Shown here in pieces: positions 18,160 to 27,949 of a DNA stretch of 64,000 bases. The notes below the pieces were generated by a model that saw nothing but the letters and a program-made list of their open reading frames with translations, made no database searches and was not told where the DNA came from. The stretch's first letter is position 1, and each line of letters begins with the position of its first letter. Source of the DNA: Gemmatimonas sp. (GTDB lineage Bacteria; Gemmatimonadota; Gemmatimonadetes; Gemmatimonadales; Gemmatimonadaceae). Both the position numbers and the translations under genes were made by a program. Location: assembly GCA_965279375.1 (NCBI GenBank), contig OZ257156.1:2368001-2432000 (forward strand). Reading direction: 5' to 3'.

Positions 18160-19491
18160 TTGACCCTCCGTCGCTCGCTGGGCACGCTGTCCCTCGCCGC
18201 CGTGATGTTTTTCAACACATCCGGCGGCGCATTCTCGATGGAAGGGTTGGTGCAGTCGGTCGGGCCTGGCGTGGCGCTGCTGTTGCTCGTGCTCGTGCCG
18301 ATCTTCTGGAGCATCCCCGAAACACTGCTCGTCGCCGAACTCGCGAGCATGATGCCCGAAGAGGGCGGCTACTATCGCTGGGTGCGGCGCGCCTTCGGAC
18401 CGTTCTGGGCGTTTCAGAACGGCTGGTGGACGTGGTGCTATTCGCTGGTGGACATGGCGATCTACCCGGTGCTGTTCAATCAGTACCTCGCCTACTTCTT
18501 TCCCGGCCTCTCGCAGGGTGCCACGTGGCTGCTCTCGCTGGCGATGATCTGGGGGGCGACGCTGATCAACCTGCGTGGCGCGGCGCGCGTGGGGCAGGTG
18601 TCGGTCGTCGCGGCGTGCCTCATTCTCGCCACCTTTCTGGGCATCACGCTCACCGCGCTGCCGCGCATGACACACGTGCCGTGGGCCCCGTTTGCGCACG
18701 AGGGGCAAACGTCGGTCGATGCGCTGGGCGTCGGACTCTCCGTCGTGCTCTGGAACTACCTTGGCTGGGACAACGCCAGCACCGTGGGTGGCGAGATCAA
18801 GAACGCCGATCGCACGTATCCGCGTGCACTCGCGCTGGCCCTCGCGACGGTAACGGCTGGTTACCTGCTGCCCGTGACCACCACGCTTGCCGCGACCGAC
18901 TGGACGACGTGGCGCGAAGGCGGCTGGGCGTCTATCGCGCTGAGCAGCGGTGGCGCGGCCGGACCGGTGCTGGCATTTGCGGTGAGTGCAGCCGGTGTGA
19001 TCAGCGCGATCGCACTGTTCAACGCGCTGCTCATGGCGTACTCGCGCATTCCGCTCGCGATGGCACAGGACCGACTGCTGCCGAGTGCGTTGGCGCAGCT
19101 CGATGCGCGCGGCAATCCGAGTCGCGCGATTCTGGTCTCGGCCGTTTGTTACTCCATCTTCGCGTTGCTGCCCTTCGCACAGCTCGTGGTGGCCGATGTG
19201 CTGCTCTATTCGCTGGCGTTGGCGCTCGAGTTCGGTGCGCTCATCATGCTTCGGCGTCGCGAGCCTACACTGCGCGGCTCGTTCCGCCTTCCGCTCGGCG
19301 TTGCTGGCGTGACGCTGCTTGCCGCCTCGCCGATGTGCATTCTGCTGCTGACGGTGTGGCTGGCGTTTCGCGGCGGGGAGCTCGGCGCGACGGCGGTCCT
19401 CGGGGCGGGCGTAGCGGCGGCGCTGGGGCCTCTGCTCTATCGGCTCACGCCGTACGCGCGGGCGCGGACGGCAGCGCTCGACGCGACCTGA
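18160..19491 (+). CDS. APC-family amino acid/polyamine permease
   Basis: About 12 hydrophobic segments; AEL.S.MP.EGGYY.W, WNYLGWD and MAQD.LLP motifs. Start (TTG 18160) uncertain. Confidence 0.85.
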   Translation: MTLRRSLGTLSLAAVMFFNTSGGAFSMEGLVQSVGPGVALLLLVLVPIFWSIPETLLVAELASMMPEEGGYYRWVRRAFGPFWAFQNGWWTWCYSLVDMAIYPVLFNQYLAYFFPGLSQGATWLLSLAMIWGATLINLRGAARVGQVSVVAACLILATFLGITLTALPRMTHVPWAPFAHEGQTSVDALGVGLSVVLWNYLGWDNASTVGGEIKNADRTYPRALALALATVTAGYLLPVTTTLAATDWTTWREGGWASIALSSGGAAGPVLAFAVSAAGVISAIALFNALLMAYSRIPLAMAQDRLLPSALAQLDARGNPSRAILVSAVCYSIFALLPFAQLVVADVLLYSLALALEFGALIMLRRREPTLRGSFRLPLGVAGVTLLAASPMCILLLTVWLAFRGGELGATAVLGAGVAAALGPLLYRLTPYARARTAALDAT

Positions 19492-19492
19492 G

Positions 19493-19518
19493 GAAACCCT
19501 AGGCCGCGGCGCTGTGTC
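19493..19518 (+). promoter_or_regulatory. Candidate ECF-sigma promoter GAAAC-N17-TGTC
   Basis: Located 33 nt upstream of the PDZ gene ATG 19552. Confidence 0.35.
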
Positions 19519-19551
19519 GGATGGTCGTCACCCTCTGAACGAGACCAGACC

Positions 19552-20808
19552 ATGCGATCCACGCTGCATACCACGGCGCTGTCCGCGTCGCTCCTGTTGC
19601 CCACGCTGTTCCTGCCTTCGCTGCGCGCCCTCGACGCGCAGTCAGATTCGTCCCGCACGCGCGAGCCCGCCGACGTCCGCATCGAGCGGCTGCCCACCGG
19701 CGTTTTGTTCAGCATGGGTGCGAGCAACCGCGCGATGCTTGGCGTCACGCTCTCCGGCGATACGCGTGCCGACAGCAATGGCGTACACATCGACGGCGTG
19801 CGAGAGAACGGACCGGCGGCCAAGGCCGGGCTCAAGGTCGGCGATGTGCTCACAGAGATCAACGGTACGAGCCTGCGGCTGAGTGCCGCCGATGCGGCAG
19901 ATCCCGCGCTTGACGGGTTGGCGCAGCGCCGACTGCAGCGGGTGCTCGGCAAGGCCAAGCCGGGCGACGAGATCGAGCTGCGCGTGCAGAGCGGCGGGAG
20001 CTCACGTACCGTCAAGCTCAAGGCGACGTCCTCGGCGGAGCTGGAGGGGCTGACCGAGCGGCGCGTCGGGAGCACGCGGAACTCGCGCGATCGCGCCGCG
20101 ATCGGAGTGTCGGTGGGCGGCAGCGGCAGCATGCGCGACACGCTGGGTCTTTTCATTTCCTCGGTGGTGGCGAAGGGGCCGGCCGAGTCGGCGGGGATTG
20201 TGGAGGGGGAGCGGATCGCCGCGGTGAATGGCGTGGATGTGCGGCTGCCGCGTGAGGATGCGGAGGACGCGCGGTCGGTGGAGGCGCGGGTCGACCGCTT
20301 TGTGCGCGAGGTCCAGAAGGGGGAGGCCGGAGCGACATTGACGCTCCGCGTGTACGGCGGCGGGCGCTATCGCGAGGTGTCGGTGAAGACCGTGGCCGCG
20401 TCCACGCTCCCGTCGCAGGGCTTCCGGTTCAACGTCGGTGATGGTGGGGACGTCCGCGTCTTCTCTGGCCCCGGGCAGATGGAGTTGTCGCGTGTGCCCA
20501 TGCCGCCCCGCTCGCCCGACGCGCCCCGCGCCCCCAATGCTCCCCGGGCCCCGCGACCGCCGCAGGTCTTCGAGTTCGACACACGGGTCGATGGAGGGAA
20601 TGGTCGAGTTCGCATCAATACAGGCGATGGGGTCCGCGAGATCACCATCGAACGTGAGGCGATCGAGCGCGCGATGGACGAAGTGCGCCGGAGCCTACAG
20701 GGGATGGGGCAGGACTTCCGGCTGCGGCTGCGGGAGGATGGCCAGCGGACGTTGCAGGGCTTGCCGCAAGTACGCGTGATGCCGCGCCGGACCGTCACGA
20801 TCCTGTAG
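19552..20808 (+). CDS. Secreted protein with two PDZ domains and no protease domain
   Basis: Signal peptide; two PDZ signatures (MLGV..GPAAKAGLKVGDVLTEING; AIGV..GPAESAGIVEGERIAAVNG); Pro-rich linker. Confidence 0.8.
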   Translation: MRSTLHTTALSASLLLPTLFLPSLRALDAQSDSSRTREPADVRIERLPTGVLFSMGASNRAMLGVTLSGDTRADSNGVHIDGVRENGPAAKAGLKVGDVLTEINGTSLRLSAADAADPALDGLAQRRLQRVLGKAKPGDEIELRVQSGGSSRTVKLKATSSAELEGLTERRVGSTRNSRDRAAIGVSVGGSGSMRDTLGLFISSVVAKGPAESAGIVEGERIAAVNGVDVRLPREDAEDARSVEARVDRFVREVQKGEAGATLTLRVYGGGRYREVSVKTVAASTLPSQGFRFNVGDGGDVRVFSGPGQMELSRVPMPPRSPDAPRAPNAPRAPRPPQVFEFDTRVDGGNGRVRINTGDGVREITIEREAIERAMDEVRRSLQGMGQDFRLRLREDGQRTLQGLPQVRVMPRRTVTIL

Positions 20809-20830
20809 CTCGCGCAGCGATTGCTCCAGG

Positions 20831-20854
20831 CGGGACGACGGCACCGTCGTCCCG
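20831..20854 (+). terminator. Hairpin after the PDZ gene
   Basis: cgggacgacg-gcac-cgtcgtcccg, perfect 10-bp stem, no U-tract. Confidence 0.45.
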
Positions 20855-20997
20855 GGCGGACGCGACAACGAAACCTCGTCTGAGGGCGTTATGTTCACAC
20901 ACGCATAACGCCATCTCCCAACATGGCGCGCCACGCCCCGACCTCTTCTGGAGACGCGGGGCCGGCGCGCTCTTCCGTTCAGACGTTCGCCCCGCGA

Positions 20998-22269
20998 ATG
21001 CCCTTCTTTTCGATCGGGACGCGCCACGTGCGCCTCCCCCATAGATCTTCCCGGTCCGGCCTCGTCGCCGTGTCCGCCCTGCTGGCACTCTCGGCATGCA
21101 AGGAAAAGACGCGTCCACCGCGTCCCGCGCCCGTCGTCGCCATCGATACCGTTGTGAGCGGGCCGCTCCCGTACGTGGTGACGGCCAATGGCGAGGTGGA
21201 GCCCAACCGCACCGTCGCCGTGCAGTCGCAGGTGTCCGGGATGCTCACCCGCGTCGCGATCACCGAAGGCGATGAGGTCTCGGAGGGACAGGTGCTCTTC
21301 CAGATCGACCCGCGTCCCTTCCGCGCCGAAGTCGATCGCGTGTCCAGCACGCTGGCGCGAGACCAGGCCACGTTGGCGCGTGCCCGGGGTGACTCGGTGC
21401 GCTTTGCGGCGTTGGCCAAGGACGGCTACGTGACGCGACAGCAGCTCGATCAGACCTTTGCCGAAGCCACATCGCTTGCGGCAACGGTGGCGGCCGGTAC
21501 GGCGTCGCTCGAAGCGGCCAAGATCGCGCTCGAAAACACGACCGTGCGCGCGCCTATTTCCGGCCGCACCGGTCAGCTCGCCATCAAGGCCGGCAATCTC
21601 GTGCGGGCGCAGGCCGATCCGCCGCTCGTGCGCATCAACGAACTGCGTCCGGTGCTGGTGCGCTTCAGCGTGCAGGAGCGCGATTTCGAGGAAATGCGCA
21701 AGCGCGCTGGACTCGACAAGCCGCTTCCGGTGAAGGTGACGCCGTCCGGTGGAGATTCCACGCGCACGGTGACGGGCACGCTGACGTTCATCGACAACGT
21801 CGTCGATCGAGCGACGGGCACCGTGTTGCTCAAGGCGCGGGTGGCCAACGAATCACGCGCCCTCTGGCCGGGGCAGTTCGTGAGCGTCGGCCTCGAGCTC
21901 AGCGTGGACAGTCAGGCGGTCACGGTCCCCTCGGTCGCGGTGGTGACGACGGCGGCGGGCTCGTTCGTGTACGTGGTGGGTGACAGCTCGAAGGCGAAGC
22001 GTCTGCCGGTGAAGGTGGGGCGTCAGTACGGTCAGCTCAGCAAGATCGACAGCGGGCTGGTGGGTGGTGAGCAGTTGATCGTGGATGGTCAGACGCGACT
22101 CAACGATGGCTCCAAGATCGAGATTCGCGGCATCCCGACGGCCGGCGGTCGCGGTGGTCGCGGTGGTCGGTCGGGACGCGGTGGCAACGGGCAGGCGGGC
22201 GGCAGCGGCGCAGGCCGGGCCGGCAACGGCGCAGGCGGCAAGCGCCCATCAGGAGGAAGCACGCAATGA
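20998..22269 (+). CDS. RND efflux periplasmic adaptor (MdtA-like lipoprotein)
   Basis: Lipobox LSA-C; V.EGQ.LFQIDP, APISGR.G and LWPGQFV motifs. Start uncertain (20923, 20998 or 21028). Confidence 0.88.
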   Translation: MPFFSIGTRHVRLPHRSSRSGLVAVSALLALSACKEKTRPPRPAPVVAIDTVVSGPLPYVVTANGEVEPNRTVAVQSQVSGMLTRVAITEGDEVSEGQVLFQIDPRPFRAEVDRVSSTLARDQATLARARGDSVRFAALAKDGYVTRQQLDQTFAEATSLAATVAAGTASLEAAKIALENTTVRAPISGRTGQLAIKAGNLVRAQADPPLVRINELRPVLVRFSVQERDFEEMRKRAGLDKPLPVKVTPSGGDSTRTVTGTLTFIDNVVDRATGTVLLKARVANESRALWPGQFVSVGLELSVDSQAVTVPSVAVVTTAAGSFVYVVGDSSKAKRLPVKVGRQYGQLSKIDSGLVGGEQLIVDGQTRLNDGSKIEIRGIPTAGGRGGRGGRSGRGGNGQAGGSGAGRAGNGAGGKRPSGGSTQ

Positions 22270-25200
22270 ACCTGAGTGCGATCTGGATCAAGCGGCCGGT
22301 CATGACCACGTTGGTCATGATCGGCATTCTCGTCTTCGGCGTCCTGGCGTACCAGAAGTTGCCGGTGAGCGACCTGCCGACGATCGATTATCCGACCATC
22401 ACGGTTTCGGCCAACCTGCCGGGGGCGAGCCCGGAGGTCATGGCCACCTCCGTTGCCACGCCGCTCGAACAGGCGTTCACGACGGTTTCGGGCATCGACA
22501 ACATCACCTCGTCGAGCTCGCAGGGCAGCACCAACGTCACGCTGCAGTTCAACCTCGATCGCGACATCGACAAGGCCGCGGCCGACGTACAGTCCGCGAT
22601 TTCGAAGACGCTGCGTCAGCTTCCGCAGGGCATCAATCCGCCGTCGTACAACAAGGCGAACGGCGCCGACATGCCCATCATGATGTACAGCCTCAACTCC
22701 GACCAGCTCTCACGCGTCGAGTTGAACGAGTACGCGGAAACCTTCATCGCGCAGCGCCTCTCCACGGTGACGGGCGTGGCGCAGGTTCAGGTCTACGGTT
22801 CGGCCAAGTACGCAGTGCGCGTGCAGCTCGATCCCAACGCCATGAAGGCACGTGGCATCGGTATCGACGAAGTGCAGCAGGCGATTAACCAGGGCAACTC
22901 GAACACGCCCGCGGGCATCCTGATGGGGCCCAACCAGTCGTTCACGCTCCAGGCCTCGGGACAGCTCAAGAACGCGACGCAGTTCCGCGCGCTCGTGGTG
23001 GCCTACCGCAATGGCGCGCCGGTGCGCTTGGGCGACCTCGGCAACGTGATCGACGGCCTGCAGAATACGCGCGGCATGAGTGAGCTCAACGGCCGCTCCA
23101 ACATCGCGCTGGCCATCATCCGGCAGCCCGGCGTGAATACGGTGCAGGTATCGGAAGGCGTGCAGGCGGTCATGGAATCACTGATCCCGCAGCTGCCGCC
23201 CAGCGTGCAGGTCGAGACGATCTTCGATCGGGCCGTGTCGATCAAGCATTCCGTGGACGACGTGAAGTTCACGCTGCTGCTGACGCTCGCGCTGGTCGTC
23301 ATGGTGATCTTCCTGTTCCTGCGCAACGTGCGCGCGACGATCATTCCGTCGCTGGCGCTGCCGTTCTCGCTGGTGGGCACCTGCACGATCATGTGGATGC
23401 TCGACTACAGCCTCGACAACCTGTCGTTGATGGCGCTCACACTCGCCGTCGGCTTTGTCGTGGACGACGCGATCGTGATGCTCGAGAACATCGTGCGTCA
23501 CCTCGAGAAGGGGAAAACGCCGCTGCAGGCCGCACTGGATGGCTCCAAGGAGATCAGCTTCACGATTCTCTCCATGACGCTGTCGCTGGTGGCCGTGTTC
23601 ATCCCGCTGCTCTTCATGCCGGGACTCGTTGGCCGTCTGTTCCGCGAGTTCGCCGTCACGATCGGCGTCGCGATTCTCGTCTCCGGCTTCGTCTCGCTCA
23701 CGCTCACGCCGATGCTCTGCGCGCGTTTCCTGCGCGCTGAAGACGCACACACCGATGCGAACGGCAAGTGGCGCTCGGTCGAACGACTCTACCAGAAGAC
23801 CGAAGGCGGCTACGTTCGTTCGCTCGGTTGGGTGATGAATCACCGCGGGCTGACGATGGCGTTCAGCGCGCTCATGATGGCGCTCACGGTCGGCCTGTTC
23901 ATGTACATCCCGAAGGGCTTCCTGCCCTCGGAAGACACCGGCCGCCTCTCGGGTTCCATCGAAGCGCCCGAGGGCGTGGGCTTCGATGCGCTCGCCGCGA
24001 AAGTCCGCGAAGTCGCGCTGATCGTGCAGAAGGATCCGAACGTGAAGTTCGTGCTCGGCTCCGTCGGTGGCGGTGGTCCGGGCGGCGGCGGTGGCAACAG
24101 CGGCCGTCTTCAGCTCACGCTCAACGATCGCAGCACGCGTCCGCACGTCGATGAAGTGATGCGCCAGCTCACGCGCGCCACATCCAAGGTGCCGGGCGTG
24201 CAGGTGTTCTTCCGCAACAGCCCGCCGATCAACATCGGTGGTCGTCGCGGCAACAGCGCCTACCAGATTTCACTGCAGGCCGCAGACATCGCGTTGCTCT
24301 ACACATCGGCCCGTCAGCTCGAGGCCCGCATGCGCGACCTGCCCGAGCTCGAAAACATCTCGAGCGACTTGCAGGTCGGCAATCCGCAGGTCGGCATCGA
24401 AATCGATCGCGAGCGTGCGTCGGCGCTGGGCGTTACCGCCGCACAGATCGAACAGGCACTCTATAACGCGTACGGCTCGCGTCAGGTCTCCACGATCTAC
24501 ACGCAGACCAATCAGTACTGGGTGATGCTCGAACTCGAGCCGCAGTACCAGACCGATCCGGCCGCGCTCAGTCAGCTCTTCATTCGCTCGAATACGGGCA
24601 ACCTCATCGAGCTCGGCTCGGTGGCGAAGTTCACCAAGGGCGTCGGTCCGCAGACGATTCAGCACAACGGCCAGCTGCCGTCGGTGTCGATCTCGTTCAA
24701 CACGCGTCCCAACGTTGCCCTCGGTACGGCGGTCGACGCGGTGCAGCGTGAAGCGCGCGCCGTGCTGCCGTCGGACGTGAGCACGGCGCTCTCCGGCGAC
24801 ACGCAGGCGTTCGCGCAGGCACAGAGCGGACTGCTCGCGCTGCTCTTCGTCGCGATCTTCGTCATCTACGTCGTACTCGGCATTCTGTACGAGAGCTTCC
24901 TGCACCCGCTCACGATCCTTTCCGGATTGCCGTTCGCCGCGGTCGGTGCGCTGATCACGCTGCTGATCTTCGGCAAGGATCTCAGCGTGTACTCGTACGT
25001 CGGCATCATCATGCTGATCGGTCTGGTGAAGAAGAACGCCATCATGATGATCGACTTCGCCATCGAGGCGGAGCGCGATCACGGCATGTCGGCGCACGAC
25101 GCCATCATGGAAGCCGCGCGCGTGCGCTTCCGTCCGATCACCATGACCACAATGGCCGCGCTCATGGGCACGTTGCCGATCGCCGTTGGCTTTGGTGCCG

Positions 25201-25391
25201 GCGCGGAGTCGCGGCAGCCGCTCGGTCTCGCGGTGGTTGGTGGTCTGGCGTTCTCGCAGCTGATCACGCTGTACGTCACGCCCGTCGTCTACACGTATCT
25301 GGACGGCATCAAGTCCCGCCGCGAACAGCGCGCCAAGCGCAGCGCCACGCAGGGGCAGGGCATCGGCGCGGTTCCCGCACTCGGCGACTGA
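22266..25391 (+). CDS. RND efflux permease (MdtB/MdtC-like)
   Basis: 1041 aa; GFVVDDAIVMLENI, GLVKKNAIMMIDFA and RFRPITMTT motifs; ATGA overlap with the adaptor gene. Confidence 0.93.
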   Translation: MNLSAIWIKRPVMTTLVMIGILVFGVLAYQKLPVSDLPTIDYPTITVSANLPGASPEVMATSVATPLEQAFTTVSGIDNITSSSSQGSTNVTLQFNLDRDIDKAAADVQSAISKTLRQLPQGINPPSYNKANGADMPIMMYSLNSDQLSRVELNEYAETFIAQRLSTVTGVAQVQVYGSAKYAVRVQLDPNAMKARGIGIDEVQQAINQGNSNTPAGILMGPNQSFTLQASGQLKNATQFRALVVAYRNGAPVRLGDLGNVIDGLQNTRGMSELNGRSNIALAIIRQPGVNTVQVSEGVQAVMESLIPQLPPSVQVETIFDRAVSIKHSVDDVKFTLLLTLALVVMVIFLFLRNVRATIIPSLALPFSLVGTCTIMWMLDYSLDNLSLMALTLAVGFVVDDAIVMLENIVRHLEKGKTPLQAALDGSKEISFTILSMTLSLVAVFIPLLFMPGLVGRLFREFAVTIGVAILVSGFVSLTLTPMLCARFLRAEDAHTDANGKWRSVERLYQKTEGGYVRSLGWVMNHRGLTMAFSALMMALTVGLFMYIPKGFLPSEDTGRLSGSIEAPEGVGFDALAAKVREVALIVQKDPNVKFVLGSVGGGGPGGGGGNSGRLQLTLNDRSTRPHVDEVMRQLTRATSKVPGVQVFFRNSPPINIGGRRGNSAYQISLQAADIALLYTSARQLEARMRDLPELENISSDLQVGNPQVGIEIDRERASALGVTAAQIEQALYNAYGSRQVSTIYTQTNQYWVMLELEPQYQTDPAALSQLFIRSNTGNLIELGSVAKFTKGVGPQTIQHNGQLPSVSISFNTRPNVALGTAVDAVQREARAVLPSDVSTALSGDTQAFAQAQSGLLALLFVAIFVIYVVLGILYESFLHPLTILSGLPFAAVGALITLLIFGKDLSVYSYVGIIMLIGLVKKNAIMMIDFAIEAERDHGMSAHDAIMEAARVRFRPITMTTMAALMGTLPIAVGFGAGAESRQPLGLAVVGGLAFSQLITLYVTPVVYTYLDGIKSRREQRAKRSATQGQGIGAVPALGD

Positions 25392-25447
25392 CGCATTCGC
25401 ACGGCAGTGAGCAGGAATACCGCCTGCTCACTGCCCGCGTGTTGGAC

Positions 25448-27814
25448 TCATTGCGCCCTGGTCAGGAGGCCTTGGATCTCGTCCTCGCGACGGACCGTGC
25501 GCGCGACCATGTGGAAGAATTGCTCGGCGCGGAACGGCTTCTGCAGGAAGCCGGCGAGTCCGCTGTCGAGGAAGCGCTGCGTAACCTCGCGCTCGTGGTA
25601 GCCGCTCATCAACAAGACGCGAACGTCTGCGTGAACGGCACGTAGCGCTCGAAACGTCTCCTCGCCATCCATGCCCGGCATTGTCAGGTCGAGCAACACC
25701 AGCGCGAAGTCGTGCGGTGACGCGGTGAAGATGCGCAAGGCGTGCTCCCCGTTCTCCGCCTCATCCACGACAAACCCTTGTCGCTCGAGCAGCGAGCGGG
25801 TCACCGCGCGAATACTCGGCTCGTCATCAACCACGAGTGCGCGCCCCATGCTCCGCGGCTCGACCGCCGGGCCGGCAGGCACTGATGCCGTCCGCCGCTG
25901 ACTGACAGGGAAGTACGCGCGGAATGTGGTGCCTTCGCCGAGCACGCTCTTCACATGGATGGTCCCGTGGTGACTACGCATGATGCCAAGCGTTGCCGCC
26001 AAACCCAGGCCGCGCCCGGTGAATTTGGTCGTGAAGAACGGATCGAAGATGCGCTGCATGGTCTCGGCAGACATACCGCTGCCTGTGTCCCGCACTTCGA
26101 CGAACGTGAAGCGGCCTGGTGTGGCTGGCATACCGGGCGCGCAGGTCGCGAGATACGCCGCGTCCAGATCTCGATAGCCCACCTCAATGCTCACCAGTCC
26201 CGCCGCGTCCCCAAGGGCATCAGACCCGTTGGTGACCAGACTCATCATCACTTGTTGCAGCTGTCTGGTGTCCACGTCGATGTGTGGAACATCGAGCGGC
26301 GTCCCGACGAACATCGAGGTGTTGCGGCTCACCGCCGTGCGCAGCAGCTCTGTCATATCTCTCAATACTTCCGACACGTCGACCGTCTCGACGACGAACC
26401 GACCCTTGCCCGCATACGCCAGCAGCTGACGTGTCAGCTCCGCTGCGCGGAGCGCCGACTCCTCGATTTCCCGCAAGTTGTGCCGCGTTTCGGAGAGCGG
26501 GTCGGCATCCATCTGGGCGATTGATGCATTGCCGAGGATGCCCATCAGCAGGTTGTTGAAGTCGTGCGCGATGCCGCCGGCGAGTATGCCGAGCGATTCG
26601 AGTTTCTGCGCCTGCTGAATCTTCCCTTCGATGGTGGCGCGCTCTTCTTCTGCACGTACCTGATCGGTGATGTCGAGTGCGGTGCCGACGAGACGCGACG
26701 GATCACCCTTGGCATCGCGTACGATCATCGCGTGTGAGAGGAGATGGCGCACCGTACCGTCAGCACGCACGATACGGTGACGAATCGCCTGTTTCTCGCC
26801 GCTCTCTACTGCGCGGGCGTAGGCAGCCGTCACCATCGCGCGATCGTCGGGATGAACGAGGTCGGCGCGCAGCTCTCCGCCGATAGACGTCTGATCAAAG
26901 CCAGACGGATCGATCCCGAAGATGCGCAGGAGCTGATCGGACCACACCGTTTGCCGCGTGCGCAGGTCGCGATCGAAGCTGCCGATGTCTGCGGCCTCCT
27001 GCGCGAGGCGCAGCGTCTTCTCGCTGCGACGCAGATTCTCCTCAGCGCGCAGGCGCTCGGTGACGTCCTGCATCGTACCGAAGACATACGTCGGTACGCC
27101 CTCCGCATTCAGCGACGTTCGCGCCAGCACGTGCAGGTACCCGGTGCGTTCGTGAGGCCACCGCACGGCAATCGTGATCGAGAAGCCTTCACCCGCTCGC
27201 GCGGCGCGGAGCGCCTCCGTCCATCGTTCACGATCGGCACTGTCCGCAATGCGCGCTTCGATCAGCGACAACGTCGGCACCGTCGTGCTCACGTCGTAGC
27301 CGAGAATGCGATAGCTCTCGGCGCTCAACTCCACCGCGTCGGGGAGATACCAGCTCCAACTGCCGATGGCGGCCACTTCCTGTGCTCGCGCCATCGCATG
27401 TTCGCTCTCCATGAGCGCGCGTTCGGCACGGCGTTGCTCGGTCACGTCCTCGAGCACCGCGACGACACCACCATCCGCGGGATACGCGTACACCGATCGC
27501 CACGTGTCATTGTCCGCGCGATGTTCCTCGAAGCGCTGCGGTTTCTGCTCGCGCAGCACCGCCGTGTACGCCTGATGGAAGATCGATCCCTTCAACGCCG
27601 GGTAGCGTTCCCACACATTCTGCCCGACGAGCGTTTCGGGGGACACCATGCCGATCGCCGCGGTCGCGGAATTCAGATAGCGAATCCGGAACTCTTCGTC
27701 GAGCACCAGCACGGGATTTGGGCAGTGCTCGAAGAGCGCTGCTTGCGCCGGCTCGAGTGGCCGGAACGACGTCGAAGCGGGAGGCGTCGCCGCTTCATCA
27801 CCGGAGTTTGACAT
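25448..27814 (-). CDS. Cytoplasmic multi-PAS hybrid histidine kinase (PAS x3-HisKA-HATPase-REC)
   Basis: AHDFNNLL, DTGSGM, FFTTK..GRGLGL; receiver VVDDE...LDLTMP...KPF; no TM segments. Confidence 0.9.
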   Translation of the reverse strand: MSNSGDEAATPPASTSFRPLEPAQAALFEHCPNPVLVLDEEFRIRYLNSATAAIGMVSPETLVGQNVWERYPALKGSIFHQAYTAVLREQKPQRFEEHRADNDTWRSVYAYPADGGVVAVLEDVTEQRRAERALMESEHAMARAQEVAAIGSWSWYLPDAVELSAESYRILGYDVSTTVPTLSLIEARIADSADRERWTEALRAARAGEGFSITIAVRWPHERTGYLHVLARTSLNAEGVPTYVFGTMQDVTERLRAEENLRRSEKTLRLAQEAADIGSFDRDLRTRQTVWSDQLLRIFGIDPSGFDQTSIGGELRADLVHPDDRAMVTAAYARAVESGEKQAIRHRIVRADGTVRHLLSHAMIVRDAKGDPSRLVGTALDITDQVRAEEERATIEGKIQQAQKLESLGILAGGIAHDFNNLLMGILGNASIAQMDADPLSETRHNLREIEESALRAAELTRQLLAYAGKGRFVVETVDVSEVLRDMTELLRTAVSRNTSMFVGTPLDVPHIDVDTRQLQQVMMSLVTNGSDALGDAAGLVSIEVGYRDLDAAYLATCAPGMPATPGRFTFVEVRDTGSGMSAETMQRIFDPFFTTKFTGRGLGLAATLGIMRSHHGTIHVKSVLGEGTTFRAYFPVSQRRTASVPAGPAVEPRSMGRALVVDDEPSIRAVTRSLLERQGFVVDEAENGEHALRIFTASPHDFALVLLDLTMPGMDGEETFRALRAVHADVRVLLMSGYHEREVTQRFLDSGLAGFLQKPFRAEQFFHMVARTVRREDEIQGLLTRAQ

Positions 27815-27949
27815 CTGCTGACCGAGAGGTCTCAGGGCCGTGCGGTGAGCCTGCTGCTGCACGGATCGCCTGCGTCGGCGACTTCGCTCGATGATGATTC
27901 CATCAGGAAATAGCGCGCGGGGCGCACCGCCGACAAGATGCGCCGGCGG

